The notes beneath the pieces are model-generated. The model saw nothing but the letters and a program-made list of their open reading frames with translations. It was not told the origin of the DNA and made no database searches. A program made the translations under genes and the position numbers. Shown one piece after another: positions 55,085 through 64,000 of a stretch of DNA of 64,000 bases. Origin of the DNA: an uncultured Gammaproteobacteria bacterium (GTDB taxonomy: Bacteria; Patescibacteriota; Patescibacteriia; SG8-24); the NCBI GenBank assembly GCA_964491475.1, contig CAZBFO010000003.1, positions 8,766-72,765 of the forward strand, given 5' to 3'. How positions within the stretch are numbered: position 1 is the stretch's first letter; each line of letters begins with the position of its first letter.

Positions 55085-57112
55085 TTATTTCCGGCTCTTC
55101 TTGCCGGTTTTCGTGGTTACTGGCGCGGGCTCGACGGCGCCTTTTCCTGCCGATCGCTGGTCGTAGGGAAGGTCCGTCGTCAGGTCGGCGGCAGTGGCAT
55201 GCAGGGTGGCGTTCGTTGCCTGATCGCGTCCGGTAATTTTGACGCTCTTAAGCAAGGTCGGCGCCGTCCCTACGTCCGCTGCCGTCGGGGTCAGCGCGAT
55301 CTCGAAGCTGCCGCCGACGCTGGTGGCGTCGCCGTTGGCAAAAGCAGGGACGCTCCCCAGGTCCCAGCGAACCGTGCGCGTGCTGGGCAAGTAGTCGATT
55401 GCCGTGCCCGAGGTGACGCTTGACTTACCCGTCCAGGAAACTTCGGGCGGCAGCGTCGCCTCGACGACAGTGCCGTCGACGCCGCCGGTGGTCGTCGTTA
55501 CGGTCAGGAAGACGCGATACTTGGTGGTTTCGCCTGCGCGCGGCGGCAGCGGGCCGATGCCCAGCTGGTCGCCGGCCTTGGTGTAGTACAGCGCGGCCGC
55601 CTCGATGCCCAGCCGGGTCGCCACCGGCAGGTCGATAGTGCCGGTATCGACGTGAACGACATCTGATTCGCCAGCCAGCTCGTACTCTGCGCGGCCGATG
55701 ACGTGGAGGGAAGGGAACGCGGTCGCGCCCAGGTCTTCCGAGGTAAGGTCACGCTTGGCGGAGAACGTCGCGATCAGCTCGCCGGATTCTCCCGGCTGCA
55801 CGATGGCCAGCTTTGGCGTGTCCTTTTCGTTCCACGAAAGGGCGGCCGGGTTCTGGTCGACGATAAACGACGCGCCCGGGTCGAGAGTCACGCGGAGATG
55901 GGCGATGGGCTGCGCGCCGTCGTTCTTGTAGCGAATGCTGACGCGCGCAGGTTCGCCGGGCAGCAGCGCGTCGCGGCCGTCGGGGTTGAGCAGCTGGGCG
56001 TCAAACGAGAGCGCTGCTGCACGCGAGTCGGCATTCCGGCGCACCCGTTCCGCAAGCGCGTTGCTCGTCTGGCCGTCCTCGCGCACGTACCCGCGCACGG
56101 TGAAGACCGAGGCCTCTCGCAGTTTTTCGGGCACCGATCGGAAATAGCCGTACATTTTCAGGGTGCCGTGAGCGTTGGCCGGCAGCGTTCCCAGGCGCCA
56201 TTCCCTGACGCCGGCGAAGGCCGGCGAAACGCCGGTAACCGTGAAGTCATCGGGAATCGCAATGCGAACGACGACGCCGGAAAGCGGTCGGTCGGCCTTG
56301 TTCGCGTATTCCAGTCCGATTTCGCGAGTCACCCCGCGGTCGATGTTCGCGGGCAGGTGCAGGTCGAGCGAGAGCACCGAGCCGGTGATGGGCCGATCGT
56401 CGAGCGTCGAAACGCGCGAGGAGACGGTGGCGGCGTCGTCCCAGTAAAGCAGCTCGGCCGACATCGAAGAAGTGTCGCCGGTGGCACCGTAGGTGCGCGC
56501 CTTGAAGCGGATTTCGTCGCGGCTGTTCGGCGGAACGGTGCCCAGCGCGTAGACCAGGATGTCGTGACGCGAATTTTCGGACAGCGCCTTAGCCATGGTG
56601 GTGTCGACCGTGCAAGCCTTTTCCTTGGGGTCGGCGTCGGCGACATCGCTGACCAGGCCGGTGCCCGGCGGCAGGTGCACCCGCAGGACGACGCAGCCCA
56701 GCGGCCTGGGCGAGTCGTTGCGATAGGCATAGACGTACTCGGTGTCGGCGCCGCTGACGATCGATTGCGGCGAAACGGCGTCGATGCGGGCCAGCGGCGG
56801 CGTGGGAATCAGCGGCAAGAGCGTGTCGGCGAAAAACCAGATCACCAGCATGCCGCTCAACATCGCCAGCAGAGCCATGTCGAACCAGAACACCTTGGAG
56901 TGGTGCTTGGGGAACCTGGTGCGGTATTTGCGCTCGTAGTGGCTGGCCAGATGGTCGTAGCACACCTTTTTGACGGGATCGGCGTACTTAAACAGCGGCT
57001 CGGCGATGTCCTGCAGCTTGTCCCAAATGCGCATCATCGCGCCCGAATAGGCGGTGACGGCTTTGGCGGCCGTCCCTTTGGCGCGAGTCTGCTTTTGCTT
57101 GCGTTCTGGCAT
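55085..57112 (-). CDS. membrane-anchored surface protein with repeated DUF11/CARDB-like beta-sandwich domains
   Basis: 675 aa; N-terminal cytoplasmic basic region, TM helix LLAMLSGMLVIWFFADTLL, then at least 4 repeats with the pattern ..L.PG..FIVD.. / ..IAIPDDFTVTG.. / ..ATLPPEVSWTG.. Confidence 0.5.
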   Translation of the reverse strand: MPERKQKQTRAKGTAAKAVTAYSGAMMRIWDKLQDIAEPLFKYADPVKKVCYDHLASHYERKYRTRFPKHHSKVFWFDMALLAMLSGMLVIWFFADTLLPLIPTPPLARIDAVSPQSIVSGADTEYVYAYRNDSPRPLGCVVLRVHLPPGTGLVSDVADADPKEKACTVDTTMAKALSENSRHDILVYALGTVPPNSRDEIRFKARTYGATGDTSSMSAELLYWDDAATVSSRVSTLDDRPITGSVLSLDLHLPANIDRGVTREIGLEYANKADRPLSGVVVRIAIPDDFTVTGVSPAFAGVREWRLGTLPANAHGTLKMYGYFRSVPEKLREASVFTVRGYVREDGQTSNALAERVRRNADSRAAALSFDAQLLNPDGRDALLPGEPARVSIRYKNDGAQPIAHLRVTLDPGASFIVDQNPAALSWNEKDTPKLAIVQPGESGELIATFSAKRDLTSEDLGATAFPSLHVIGRAEYELAGESDVVHVDTGTIDLPVATRLGIEAAALYYTKAGDQLGIGPLPPRAGETTKYRVFLTVTTTTGGVDGTVVEATLPPEVSWTGKSSVTSGTAIDYLPSTRTVRWDLGSVPAFANGDATSVGGSFEIALTPTAADVGTAPTLLKSVKITGRDQATNATLHATAADLTTDLPYDQRSAGKGAVEPAPVTTKTGKKSRK

Positions 57113-57122
57113 ATCGGTGATA

Positions 57123-59174
57123 TCAGCGGCCGGAAGAGAATTGGAAGACGTCGTCGGTCATGGTGGCGATTTCGTAGGTGCCGTCGCCGTTGGTATCGGC
57201 TACCGCCACGCGCACGCCCGTGCGAGAAGCAGGGTCGGCGGCGAAGAATCCCTTGCCTTGCGGCACGCCGAAGCGGTTGAAGATGCGCACGTGCGGCCCG
57301 CCCCCCGGCCCGGCGCCGGTGACGATTTCCGCCTTGCCGTCGCCGTTCAGGTCGCCAACGGCAACGTTCACGCCGCCGCGGAAGCTGCGGTCGTAAGCAT
57401 ACCAGCCTTTGTCTATCAGCTTGCCAAAGCGGCTGAACACGCGCACGTGCGGCCCGCCCCCCGGCCCGGCGCCGGTAACGATGACCGGTCGTCCTGTCCC
57501 GTAGACGTCGCCGACTGCCACGCTGACGCCGCCGTGGAATCCGGAAGCGTATGCCATGAAGCTCGGTCCCAACGGGTTGCCTTCGCGATCGTAAACGCGC
57601 ACTTCCGGCGCGCTGCCCTGGGTGGCACCGACGACCACCTCGGCTTTGCCGTCACCGTTCAAGTCGCCGACTGCCACGTTCACGCCTTGCGTGTACCCGT
57701 CGCCGAAAGGGGAGAAGGAAGCCTTGAGAGTGCGGTCCGCAGCGTAGATGGACACCCGGCCCTTGGCCGCCACCACCTTTTCGATTTGACCGTCCTTCTC
57801 GATGTCGGCATTGATGATGCTGGCGCTGCCGTCATAGCCGCTCTCATAAGAGAAGAAGCCGTTGCGCAGCTTGGAGCCGTCGGCTCCGAACAGGCGCACG
57901 AACGAGCCGTTGCCGAAGACGGCATTGGCCACCGTCTCGATGCGCTTCATCAGCAGCAGGCCGTCGTTGGGCGGAATAGTCACCGTGGTCACCACCGACC
58001 CGTCATTGGTGGCAGGGTCTTGCGTGCCGTGCAGTTTTTCCATCTCGCCGTCCAAGCTAACGGTTTTGGGGTCGGAAGAAGAGTTGACCAGTGCGACGCC
58101 GTCCTGGAAGTCGCGGCGCCAGACGCTCGGCGCAAGGCGGCGATCGGCGGGGGCGAGGACGTTCACGGCGTCGCCGAGCGGTTTGCCCAGGTGCACGTCT
58201 TCCTCGTCGTAGCGCCACAGCTGTCCGTGGTCGCTCTCGCCGAAGTCGAAGCTGAAGAAGCCGTCGGCCATCAGGGTCGAGGCCAGTCCGTAGCGCACCT
58301 TCTTGTAGTCGGTGTCGCTGCCGGCGTTGGCCGTGTTTGCGTTGATGATGAACACCGGCGCGCTCCCGACCGACTTGTGCAGGCGCACGTAGTTGGACAT
58401 CACGCCCGACCACGATCCGCCCGCCTCCCACGGCGTGGGGAAGGACTCGAACATGCGCCCGTTCACGTACGGCTGGAGCGCGTCGGTGGAGTCGCCGTTG
58501 GTGACGATGACCGCGTCGGAGCCGAGCGCGTCGCGCGTGGCCTTGAGCATGTTGACCATGCCGCGCTGCCAGGCGACGTCAATCAGCGTCTTGTCGTCGC
58601 GAATGCCGTCGCGGTGCAGGTCCAAATTGCCGCCGTTCATCCACGAAGCGGTGGCGGAAAATTCATCGTAAAAAATGCCGTCCCAGTCGCCGGTCGACCA
58701 GATATCATCATGGACGAACTTGGGAAGATAGCTGTTCCATTCGGACGCGCCCGAGAGCACCGCCGTTCCCGGCCAGACGGAGACGCGGTTGCCCTGCGGA
58801 TCGAGCAGCCACCAGGAGTCCTGGATGCCGTCCCGGAGTTTTCGGTGCAGAGGATCAACCCACGAAAAGTTGTACGACTTGGTAGGCACGTATGCCAGGA
58901 TGATGATGTCCGGGTTCAGCTGCCGCAGTTTGGGAAACATGCCGGGGTTGTAGACCTGCGCCTCGGCAGGGAACACCAGCAGGTCGTACTTGGCCAGCTG
59001 CGGATACATCGACGGCGTGATGTCCGTGCCGGCCTTGAGGTAGTAGTTGGCGGTGCGCACGAACTTGTCGCTCGGCGTCTTGATCGCCGCGCGCGCGTCC
59101 GAGGCAAAAAGCGAAACGCCCGCGACCGCAATCGCGAGTGTCAGCGTCAGGCGTTGTGCGGCGAGTCGTTTCAT
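57123..59174 (-). CDS. secreted protein: N-terminal TIM-barrel glycoside-hydrolase-like domain (tentative) plus C-terminal FG-GAP/VCBS beta-propeller repeats
   Basis: 683 aa; signal peptide; C-terminal repeats GDLNGDGKAEVVVGA, GDVYGTGRPVIVTGA, GDLNGDGKAEIVTGA, DTNGDGTYEIA (FG-GAP). The hydrolase call for the N-terminal ~400 aa is by loose resemblance only. Confidence 0.55.
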   Translation of the reverse strand: MKRLAAQRLTLTLAIAVAGVSLFASDARAAIKTPSDKFVRTANYYLKAGTDITPSMYPQLAKYDLLVFPAEAQVYNPGMFPKLRQLNPDIIILAYVPTKSYNFSWVDPLHRKLRDGIQDSWWLLDPQGNRVSVWPGTAVLSGASEWNSYLPKFVHDDIWSTGDWDGIFYDEFSATASWMNGGNLDLHRDGIRDDKTLIDVAWQRGMVNMLKATRDALGSDAVIVTNGDSTDALQPYVNGRMFESFPTPWEAGGSWSGVMSNYVRLHKSVGSAPVFIINANTANAGSDTDYKKVRYGLASTLMADGFFSFDFGESDHGQLWRYDEEDVHLGKPLGDAVNVLAPADRRLAPSVWRRDFQDGVALVNSSSDPKTVSLDGEMEKLHGTQDPATNDGSVVTTVTIPPNDGLLLMKRIETVANAVFGNGSFVRLFGADGSKLRNGFFSYESGYDGSASIINADIEKDGQIEKVVAAKGRVSIYAADRTLKASFSPFGDGYTQGVNVAVGDLNGDGKAEVVVGATQGSAPEVRVYDREGNPLGPSFMAYASGFHGGVSVAVGDVYGTGRPVIVTGAGPGGGPHVRVFSRFGKLIDKGWYAYDRSFRGGVNVAVGDLNGDGKAEIVTGAGPGGGPHVRIFNRFGVPQGKGFFAADPASRTGVRVAVADTNGDGTYEIATMTDDVFQFSSGR

Positions 59175-59184
59175 GGAAGGGGGA

Positions 59185-59466
59185 TTACTCCTCGTCCTTC
59201 TTTTCCAGCGTTTTGGGATTCGGGCTGTACAGCCGGTTGCGAATCTTCCACTGGTTCACGAACTGCCCGATGCCTTCCTTGGCCAGCTTGTTGCGCACGG
59301 ACGGTCGATCTTGCGACCAGCGCACCAAGCTCTCAAAGTTAATCTTATACCTTCCGCGGATGACCACATAGGTCACGTCGCCGTCCGAGATGGCACGACG
59401 AATCGTCTTTGTGGAGATGCCAAAGAGGCGAGAGGCTTCGGATACGGACACGCGGATGATGCTCAT
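59185..59466 (-). CDS. small helix-turn-helix DNA-binding protein (excisionase/MerR-like HTH)
   Basis: 93 aa; SVSEASRLFGISTKTIRRAISDGDV HTH; first gene of the minus-strand operon with the two surface-protein genes. Confidence 0.55.
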   Translation of the reverse strand: MSIIRVSVSEASRLFGISTKTIRRAISDGDVTYVVIRGRYKINFESLVRWSQDRPSVRNKLAKEGIGQFVNQWKIRNRLYSPNPKTLEKKDEE

Positions 59467-59531
59467 AGTAACCGAGTACAGTAGCAGTTCTGCCTTAAAA
59501 TGTCAACCCGACATTAAGGGTAAATCAGTGT

Positions 59532-59559
59532 TATTTGTCTACACCAGTGTAGACAAATA
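59532..59559. promoter_or_regulatory. 28-nt near-perfect palindrome (candidate operator) upstream of the HTH gene
   Basis: tatttgtctacac-ca-gtgtagacaaata (13-bp arms); adjacent second inverted repeat tgacg-tttc-cgtca at 59560-59573; 14-bp palindrome ggttgagctcaacc at 59653-59666. Confidence 0.5.
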
Positions 59560-59805
59560 TGACGTTTCCGTCAAATGTTTTTATCGACCGAATCGACTCG
59601 CTAAGCGACGAAGTCGCTCCGTTACTTTTTGAAGCTCGTCACGTTCCCTAATGGTTGAGCTCAACCGCTCGGCATTTTTTTGACCTTAAATAAGGCCGAA
59701 AAAACAAGGCTCCTTCGTTGCCAATACGGCTCCGAACCCTTATACTCTTCGACAGCGCATATAAGGTCATGAGCTGTAACGCTTTTTTCTTTTTCTCGTC
59801 TGATT

Positions 59806-60405
59806 GTGCAGAACCGTTTAAAAGAAAAGTTTCTCCTGTTTCGCATTAGGGCGAAAAAGGACCCTGAAGCGTTTGGCGCCATTTACGACGCCTACGTGAA
59901 GCAGCTCTACCGCTTCATCTACTTCAAGGTCGCGTCCGCGGAACAGGCTGAAGATCTCACCTCGGAAACTTTCCTCAAGGCCTGGCAGTACCTGAAGGAG
60001 AAGAGGGAAGTTCCGAACCTGCAGGCGCTCCTCTACAGCGTCGCGCGCTCGGTGGTCATCGACCACTACCGCTCGAACGCGGCTGAACGCGCCACGATCT
60101 CGCTCGACGAAAACATCGCCGACGCGAACGTGGACGTGGCCAGCGAGAAGTTCCTCAAGGACATGGAGACCAAGTTCGACACGACGCTCGTCCTGGAAAA
60201 GCTTCGCGGCTTGAAGGAAGAGTATCGCGACGTGGTCATCATGCGGTTCCTCGACGAGATGTCGACGGGTGAGATAGCGGCGGTACTCGGCAAGTCCGCC
60301 TCGAACGTCAGGGTCATCCTTCACCGGGCGACCAAGGCGCTTTCGGACGCCATCTCTCATGACCAATCGAGAACTCGGCACAATCCTGAAACAGACAAAG
60401 AATGA
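59806..60405 (+). CDS. ECF-type RNA polymerase sigma factor (second copy; GTG start)
   Basis: 199 aa; region 2 (YRFIYFKV..AEDLTSETFLKAW) and region 4 HTH (IMRFLDEMSTGEIAAVLGKSASNVRVILHRA). Confidence 0.85.
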   Translation: MQNRLKEKFLLFRIRAKKDPEAFGAIYDAYVKQLYRFIYFKVASAEQAEDLTSETFLKAWQYLKEKREVPNLQALLYSVARSVVIDHYRSNAAERATISLDENIADANVDVASEKFLKDMETKFDTTLVLEKLRGLKEEYRDVVIMRFLDEMSTGEIAAVLGKSASNVRVILHRATKALSDAISHDQSRTRHNPETDKE

Positions 60406-61420
60406 ACGACGGGGTGGCGCGCCACACGACGTTTGGGTTCAGCGTAATCGGGAAATTCTCCTGATGCAGGTCCGGAACACCACCGACCTCAACGCCAAGC
60501 CCAACTTCGGCGGCATGATGCGCGACCTCGTTTCTGTTTTCATGCCGATGGAAGGTTTGATGACCGTCGCTCATGGCGTCGGCATCTTCATGCTGGTGGT
60601 CGGTTCGGTGCTGGGCGGGGGACTCGCTTCCGCGCAGGTGTACCGCAACTCGGCCCCTGGCGAGATGCTCTATAATGTGAAACTTGCCGTGGAACGCGCA
60701 CAGCTTCTGCTCGCCCCCAATGATGACTACCGCACCGGCCTTCATGCCGAGTTCGCCGACCATCGCATCGACGAGGTGGCCAAGCTGGCAGAGGAGAACG
60801 CCTCGCGGCAGGCTCTGGTGCCGGGGGTGCTGGCGGCCTTCAACGGCGAAGTGGCCGCGCTGACCGCCGGCCTCGACGTGATGAAGGCGACGGATCCGCA
60901 GGGGACGGTAGAGGCGGCCAAGCTGATGGAACGGAAGATGGCGGTTTACCAGAACGAACTGCGAAAGGCATCGTCCACGCTCCCTCCCCAATACCAGCTG
61001 TCAGTAGCAGCGTCCCGCGACCTGGTGGACGGCACCACGCTCCGGGCCATCGCGGTCATCGTCGACAGCCACCTGGCAAACGCCGACTCCGTATCGACCA
61101 CCGTGGTCACCAACAAGTTCGAGGAGCGGCTGCAGCAGGCGGAAGACAACCTGAACGCCAACAGCTCCACCGACGCGGCCAAGACGGCGTCGGCCACCAA
61201 GGCCAAGGCGGCCATCGCCGAAGCCAAGAAGCTGCTCAAGGATCAGGACTACCGCGCGGCACTTTCCAAGATCGAAGAGGTCGCCCAGCTGACGAAGGAG
61301 GCCGAGGCAGACAGCGCGACTGTAACGCCCGCGCCCGCCGTAACGGACACCAACACGAACACGTCTGCTCCAGAGAAGGGGGCGGCATCGACGAACACGC
61401 CAACGCAGGTCAAGCAATAA
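60359..61420 (+). CDS. DUF5667-like putative anti-sigma factor (second copy)
   Basis: 353 aa; overlaps the sigma gene 3' end; TM helix VGIFMLVVGSVLGGGLASA; GEMLYNVKLAVERA motif; helical Ala/Glu/Lys-rich domain. Confidence 0.65.
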   Translation: MTNRELGTILKQTKNERRGGAPHDVWVQRNREILLMQVRNTTDLNAKPNFGGMMRDLVSVFMPMEGLMTVAHGVGIFMLVVGSVLGGGLASAQVYRNSAPGEMLYNVKLAVERAQLLLAPNDDYRTGLHAEFADHRIDEVAKLAEENASRQALVPGVLAAFNGEVAALTAGLDVMKATDPQGTVEAAKLMERKMAVYQNELRKASSTLPPQYQLSVAASRDLVDGTTLRAIAVIVDSHLANADSVSTTVVTNKFEERLQQAEDNLNANSSTDAAKTASATKAKAAIAEAKKLLKDQDYRAALSKIEEVAQLTKEAEADSATVTPAPAVTDTNTNTSAPEKGAASTNTPTQVKQ

Positions 61421-61714
61421 AAGGGCCAGGCCCTACAAAGTCGCCCGAACCGTTCGGACGTCGCTGTAGGGTCTGGCTACCGACAGTCGGGCCGTGCAAT
61501 CAAGTTGTGGTGCAGGGGGACTCTCCCCGCATGGGGCAAGTCCCCCCGCCGCAACTCCGCACTGCCCGATGAACCGGTCGCTATGACCTGTATATCGCTA
61601 TTTACGTGATAGGCAGAAAGGTCGGGATCTCGAAAGGATCGCCTCCACGGTACATCAGCCCGGCATTCCCATTTAGTGAATGCGGGTAAACTACCGAAAG
61701 GCAGTACATCTCAT

Positions 61715-64000
61715 ATGAACGAAGTTATCAAAATGACCCGCAAGGCCGTCACCGCCGCCGTCGTGGCTGCGACGATCGCCTGGTCGGTGTCGCTTTCGGC
61801 CTTCCTCGCGCCGCTCGCCGCACAGGCAGCGACCGCAGGATCGCTCGTCAAGGCTTCCCTCCCGGCCGTCTACTACGTCGGTCAGGATGGCAAGCGCTAC
61901 GTCTTCCCTAACGAGAAGACCTACAAGACTTGGTACGCCGACTTCTCGTCGGTCATGACCATCACGGACGCCGAATTGGCAGCCATGTCGATCGGCGGCA
62001 ACGTGACCTACAAGCCTGGTGTCCGCATGGCGAAGATCACCACGGATCCCAAGGTGTACGTCGTCGACGCGCACGGCACCCTCCGCGGTATTTCCTCGGA
62101 AGCTGTCGCCTCCGCGCTCTACGGCGCCAACTGGAACAAGATGATTGACGACGTCCCGGATGCGTTCTTCACGAACTACACCGTGGGCTCGGATGTCACC
62201 TCGGCTTCCATGTTCAGCCCGTCCACGGCTTCGGCCGGCGCGGCGTCGATCAACCAGGACAAGAACCTGGGCTCGGCGACGACCGTTTCGGGCACGCTCT
62301 CCGCGATGCTTTCTTCCAGCCAGCCGGCTGGCGGCACGCTTCCGAAGGGCGCCATGGCTGTTAACGTCCTCAAGGTCGATGTCCACAACGGTGGCTCCGC
62401 CGCGATGACGGTTGACTCCGCCACCGTGCACCGCTCCGGTTCCGGTATTGTCGGCGACATCAAGAACGTCTATGTCTACGCTGGCAACGACCGCCTGACC
62501 ACGGGCCGCACCTTCAACAGCACGACCCACGACGCTTCCTTCTCCGGTCTCAACCTCGCGTTGGCCGCTGGCGAAACGAAGTCCCTCTGGATCGCTGTTG
62601 ACTTCTCGTCGACGGCTACCGCCTCCGACGTGCACTCGTTCTCGCTCACCAACCTGCAGTCCGGCAGCTCGATGGCCTCTGGCCTTCCGCTCTCCGGCTC
62701 GACCTTCACCCTTTCCGGCGCCTCCGCTGGCTCCGTTACGGTGCTGAAGTCGGGTACCATCACCAAGCCGAAGGCTGGTCAGATGGCCGCCAAGGTTGCC
62801 GAATTCCAGCTTCAGGCTGGCGGCAGCGAGGACATCACGCTTTCCCGCATCTCGCTCTACCAGAGCGGCGCGATTGGTCGCGACAAGCTGACCAACTTCA
62901 CGCTCAAGCAGGCCGGTCTGACGATCGCCACGGCTTCCGCGCTTAACGGCAAGGATCTCGCGGTGTTCGCTCTCTCCAACCCGCTCCTGATCGAGAAGGG
63001 CAACTCCAAGACCTTCCAGGTCTACGCTGACATCTCCGGTGCCGCTCGCACCACCGACACCATCATGTTCTACGTCGATCAGACGACTGACGTGCTGGCG
63101 CTCGGCGCGACCTACGGCTACGGCGTCTCCGTCGACACTGGTACCACCGGTACCTACGATGGCGCTGGTTGCGTCGCCGTTCCTGCCGCGGGCAACTGCT
63201 CCGCTGCTGGCGTCGATGCCGGTCAGCTCACCATCAACTTCAATGGTCCTTCCTCGAAGGACATCGCCGCCAACGCCAAGGACACTGAACTCTTCAACTT
63301 CTCCATGGCCGCCGGCTCGAACCTTGAAGTCCGCAAGCTTCAGCTTCAGCTCGACTCGGCCGGTGGTAACCTCCACAACGGTACCAACCCCCGCGTCACT
63401 GACGTGAAGGTCATCGACACCGCCACGGGCGCCGTCGTCGCCGGTCCTAAGGATGTGACCGCCGCCGCCACGACCGAGACCCTGTCGTACACCGAGGTGT
63501 TCAACCTGACCTCCGGTCAGACCCGCACCTTCAAGGTCACTGCCGATATCGCCAACGCCACCACGCTCGGCGCCATGAACAAGCTTCGTGTCACCCTGCT
63601 GACGTTCGGCACCAGCGACATCCGCAACCTTGATGCCAGCACCAACTTGGTCCCGTCCACGGACATCGTTCCGAACTCGGCCATCGCTGGTAACAACCAC
63701 ACCCTGAAGACCCCGACTCTGACTCTCGGCGTCGCCTCGACTCCGGTCGCCCAGACCTACATCAAGGGCAGCCAGAACGTCAACCTGATGGGCATCACGC
63801 TCAAGGCTGGCGATGGCGTTGACGTCAAGGTCGACTCGATCCAGCTCCAGGGCCAGATCGACACCAATGACGGTACGGCCACCTGCACCGTCGCACCGGA
63901 TGGCGCCTTCGCCAACGGTCAGGAAAACGCCGCTTGCTCGTCCATCGCTGACGTCGTCCAGACCCTCAAGCTCTGGAACGGCTCCACGCAGATCGGCACG
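61715..64000 (+). CDS. large secreted repeat protein (S-layer/surface-array-like), 5' part only; runs off the window end
   Basis: ATG at 61715 (alternative 61733); signal peptide MTRKAVTAAVVAATIAWSVSLSAFLAPLAAQAA; more than 760 codons of Ser/Thr/Gly/Ala-rich repeated ~100-aa beta-like modules without a stop. The ORF-track hit on the opposite strand (61691..63700) is rejected as a shadow ORF. Confidence 0.7.
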   Translation, partial: MNEVIKMTRKAVTAAVVAATIAWSVSLSAFLAPLAAQAATAGSLVKASLPAVYYVGQDGKRYVFPNEKTYKTWYADFSSVMTITDAELAAMSIGGNVTYKPGVRMAKITTDPKVYVVDAHGTLRGISSEAVASALYGANWNKMIDDVPDAFFTNYTVGSDVTSASMFSPSTASAGAASINQDKNLGSATTVSGTLSAMLSSSQPAGGTLPKGAMAVNVLKVDVHNGGSAAMTVDSATVHRSGSGIVGDIKNVYVYAGNDRLTTGRTFNSTTHDASFSGLNLALAAGETKSLWIAVDFSSTATASDVHSFSLTNLQSGSSMASGLPLSGSTFTLSGASAGSVTVLKSGTITKPKAGQMAAKVAEFQLQAGGSEDITLSRISLYQSGAIGRDKLTNFTLKQAGLTIATASALNGKDLAVFALSNPLLIEKGNSKTFQVYADISGAARTTDTIMFYVDQTTDVLALGATYGYGVSVDTGTTGTYDGAGCVAVPAAGNCSAAGVDAGQLTINFNGPSSKDIAANAKDTELFNFSMAAGSNLEVRKLQLQLDSAGGNLHNGTNPRVTDVKVIDTATGAVVAGPKDVTAAATTETLSYTEVFNLTSGQTRTFKVTADIANATTLGAMNKLRVTLLTFGTSDIRNLDASTNLVPSTDIVPNSAIAGNNHTLKTPTLTLGVASTPVAQTYIKGSQNVNLMGITLKAGDGVDVKVDSIQLQGQIDTNDGTATCTVAPDGAFANGQENAACSSIADVVQTLKLWNGSTQIGT

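Noticed and set aside
59185-59466. Excisionase-like HTH as a marker of a mobile element
   Set aside because: No integrase, transposase, att-like repeats or phage genes nearby. The palindromic operators and operon position fit a chromosomal transcriptional regulator better.

Overview
This is a GC-rich window (about 65% by eye, not computed) that looks like part of a compact bacterial chromosome, not a plasmid or phage. Long ORFs on the strand opposite real genes are shadow ORFs caused by the high GC. Housekeeping genes are clear: pth, der, an LCP-family protein, tRNA-Val(CAC), lepB, hisS, rpsU, yqeY, ybeY, dgkA, ftsA, ftsZ, nrdR, pyk, tRNA-Asp(GTC), rplT-rpmI-infC, smpB with a one-piece tmRNA, and a P-type ATPase. 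The most interesting content is cell-envelope related. (1) Two adjacent paralogous giant secreted proteins (782 aa and 3601 aa; the latter a 10.8 kb ORF) share an N-terminal signal peptide plus a two-helix pilin-like (VirB2/TrbC-type architecture) hairpin. The 3601-aa protein also carries IPT/TIG and Ig-like domains, Myxococcus-type cysteine-rich repeats and Asp-rich calcium-binding motifs. (2) A three-gene array encodes membrane-anchored proteins with TSP3-like Asp motifs and a 3 x 26-aa four-Cys tandem repeat. (3) A surface-glycan locus holds a Wzz-like protein, an O-antigen-ligase-like protein, two GT4 glycosyltransferases, a DUF11-like repeat protein and an FG-GAP protein, followed by a signal-peptide repeat protein (S-layer-like) running off the window end. 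(4) There are two ECF sigma / DUF5667 anti-sigma-like modules. (5) A Fic-like protein has a degenerate active-site motif, and an HtrA-like PDZ protein appears to lack the catalytic His and Ser. Regulatory signals are unusually legible: consensus TTGACA-17-TAnnnT promoters, several sharing an extended TTGACAAAAcGGCyTTTTT motif; extended -10 elements abutting ATG codons (leaderless mRNA candidates); and many bidirectional intrinsic terminators. No CRISPR array, rRNA, transposase or integrase was found. The gene content suggests a small-genome lineage, perhaps Patescibacteria/CPR-like; this is inference only.
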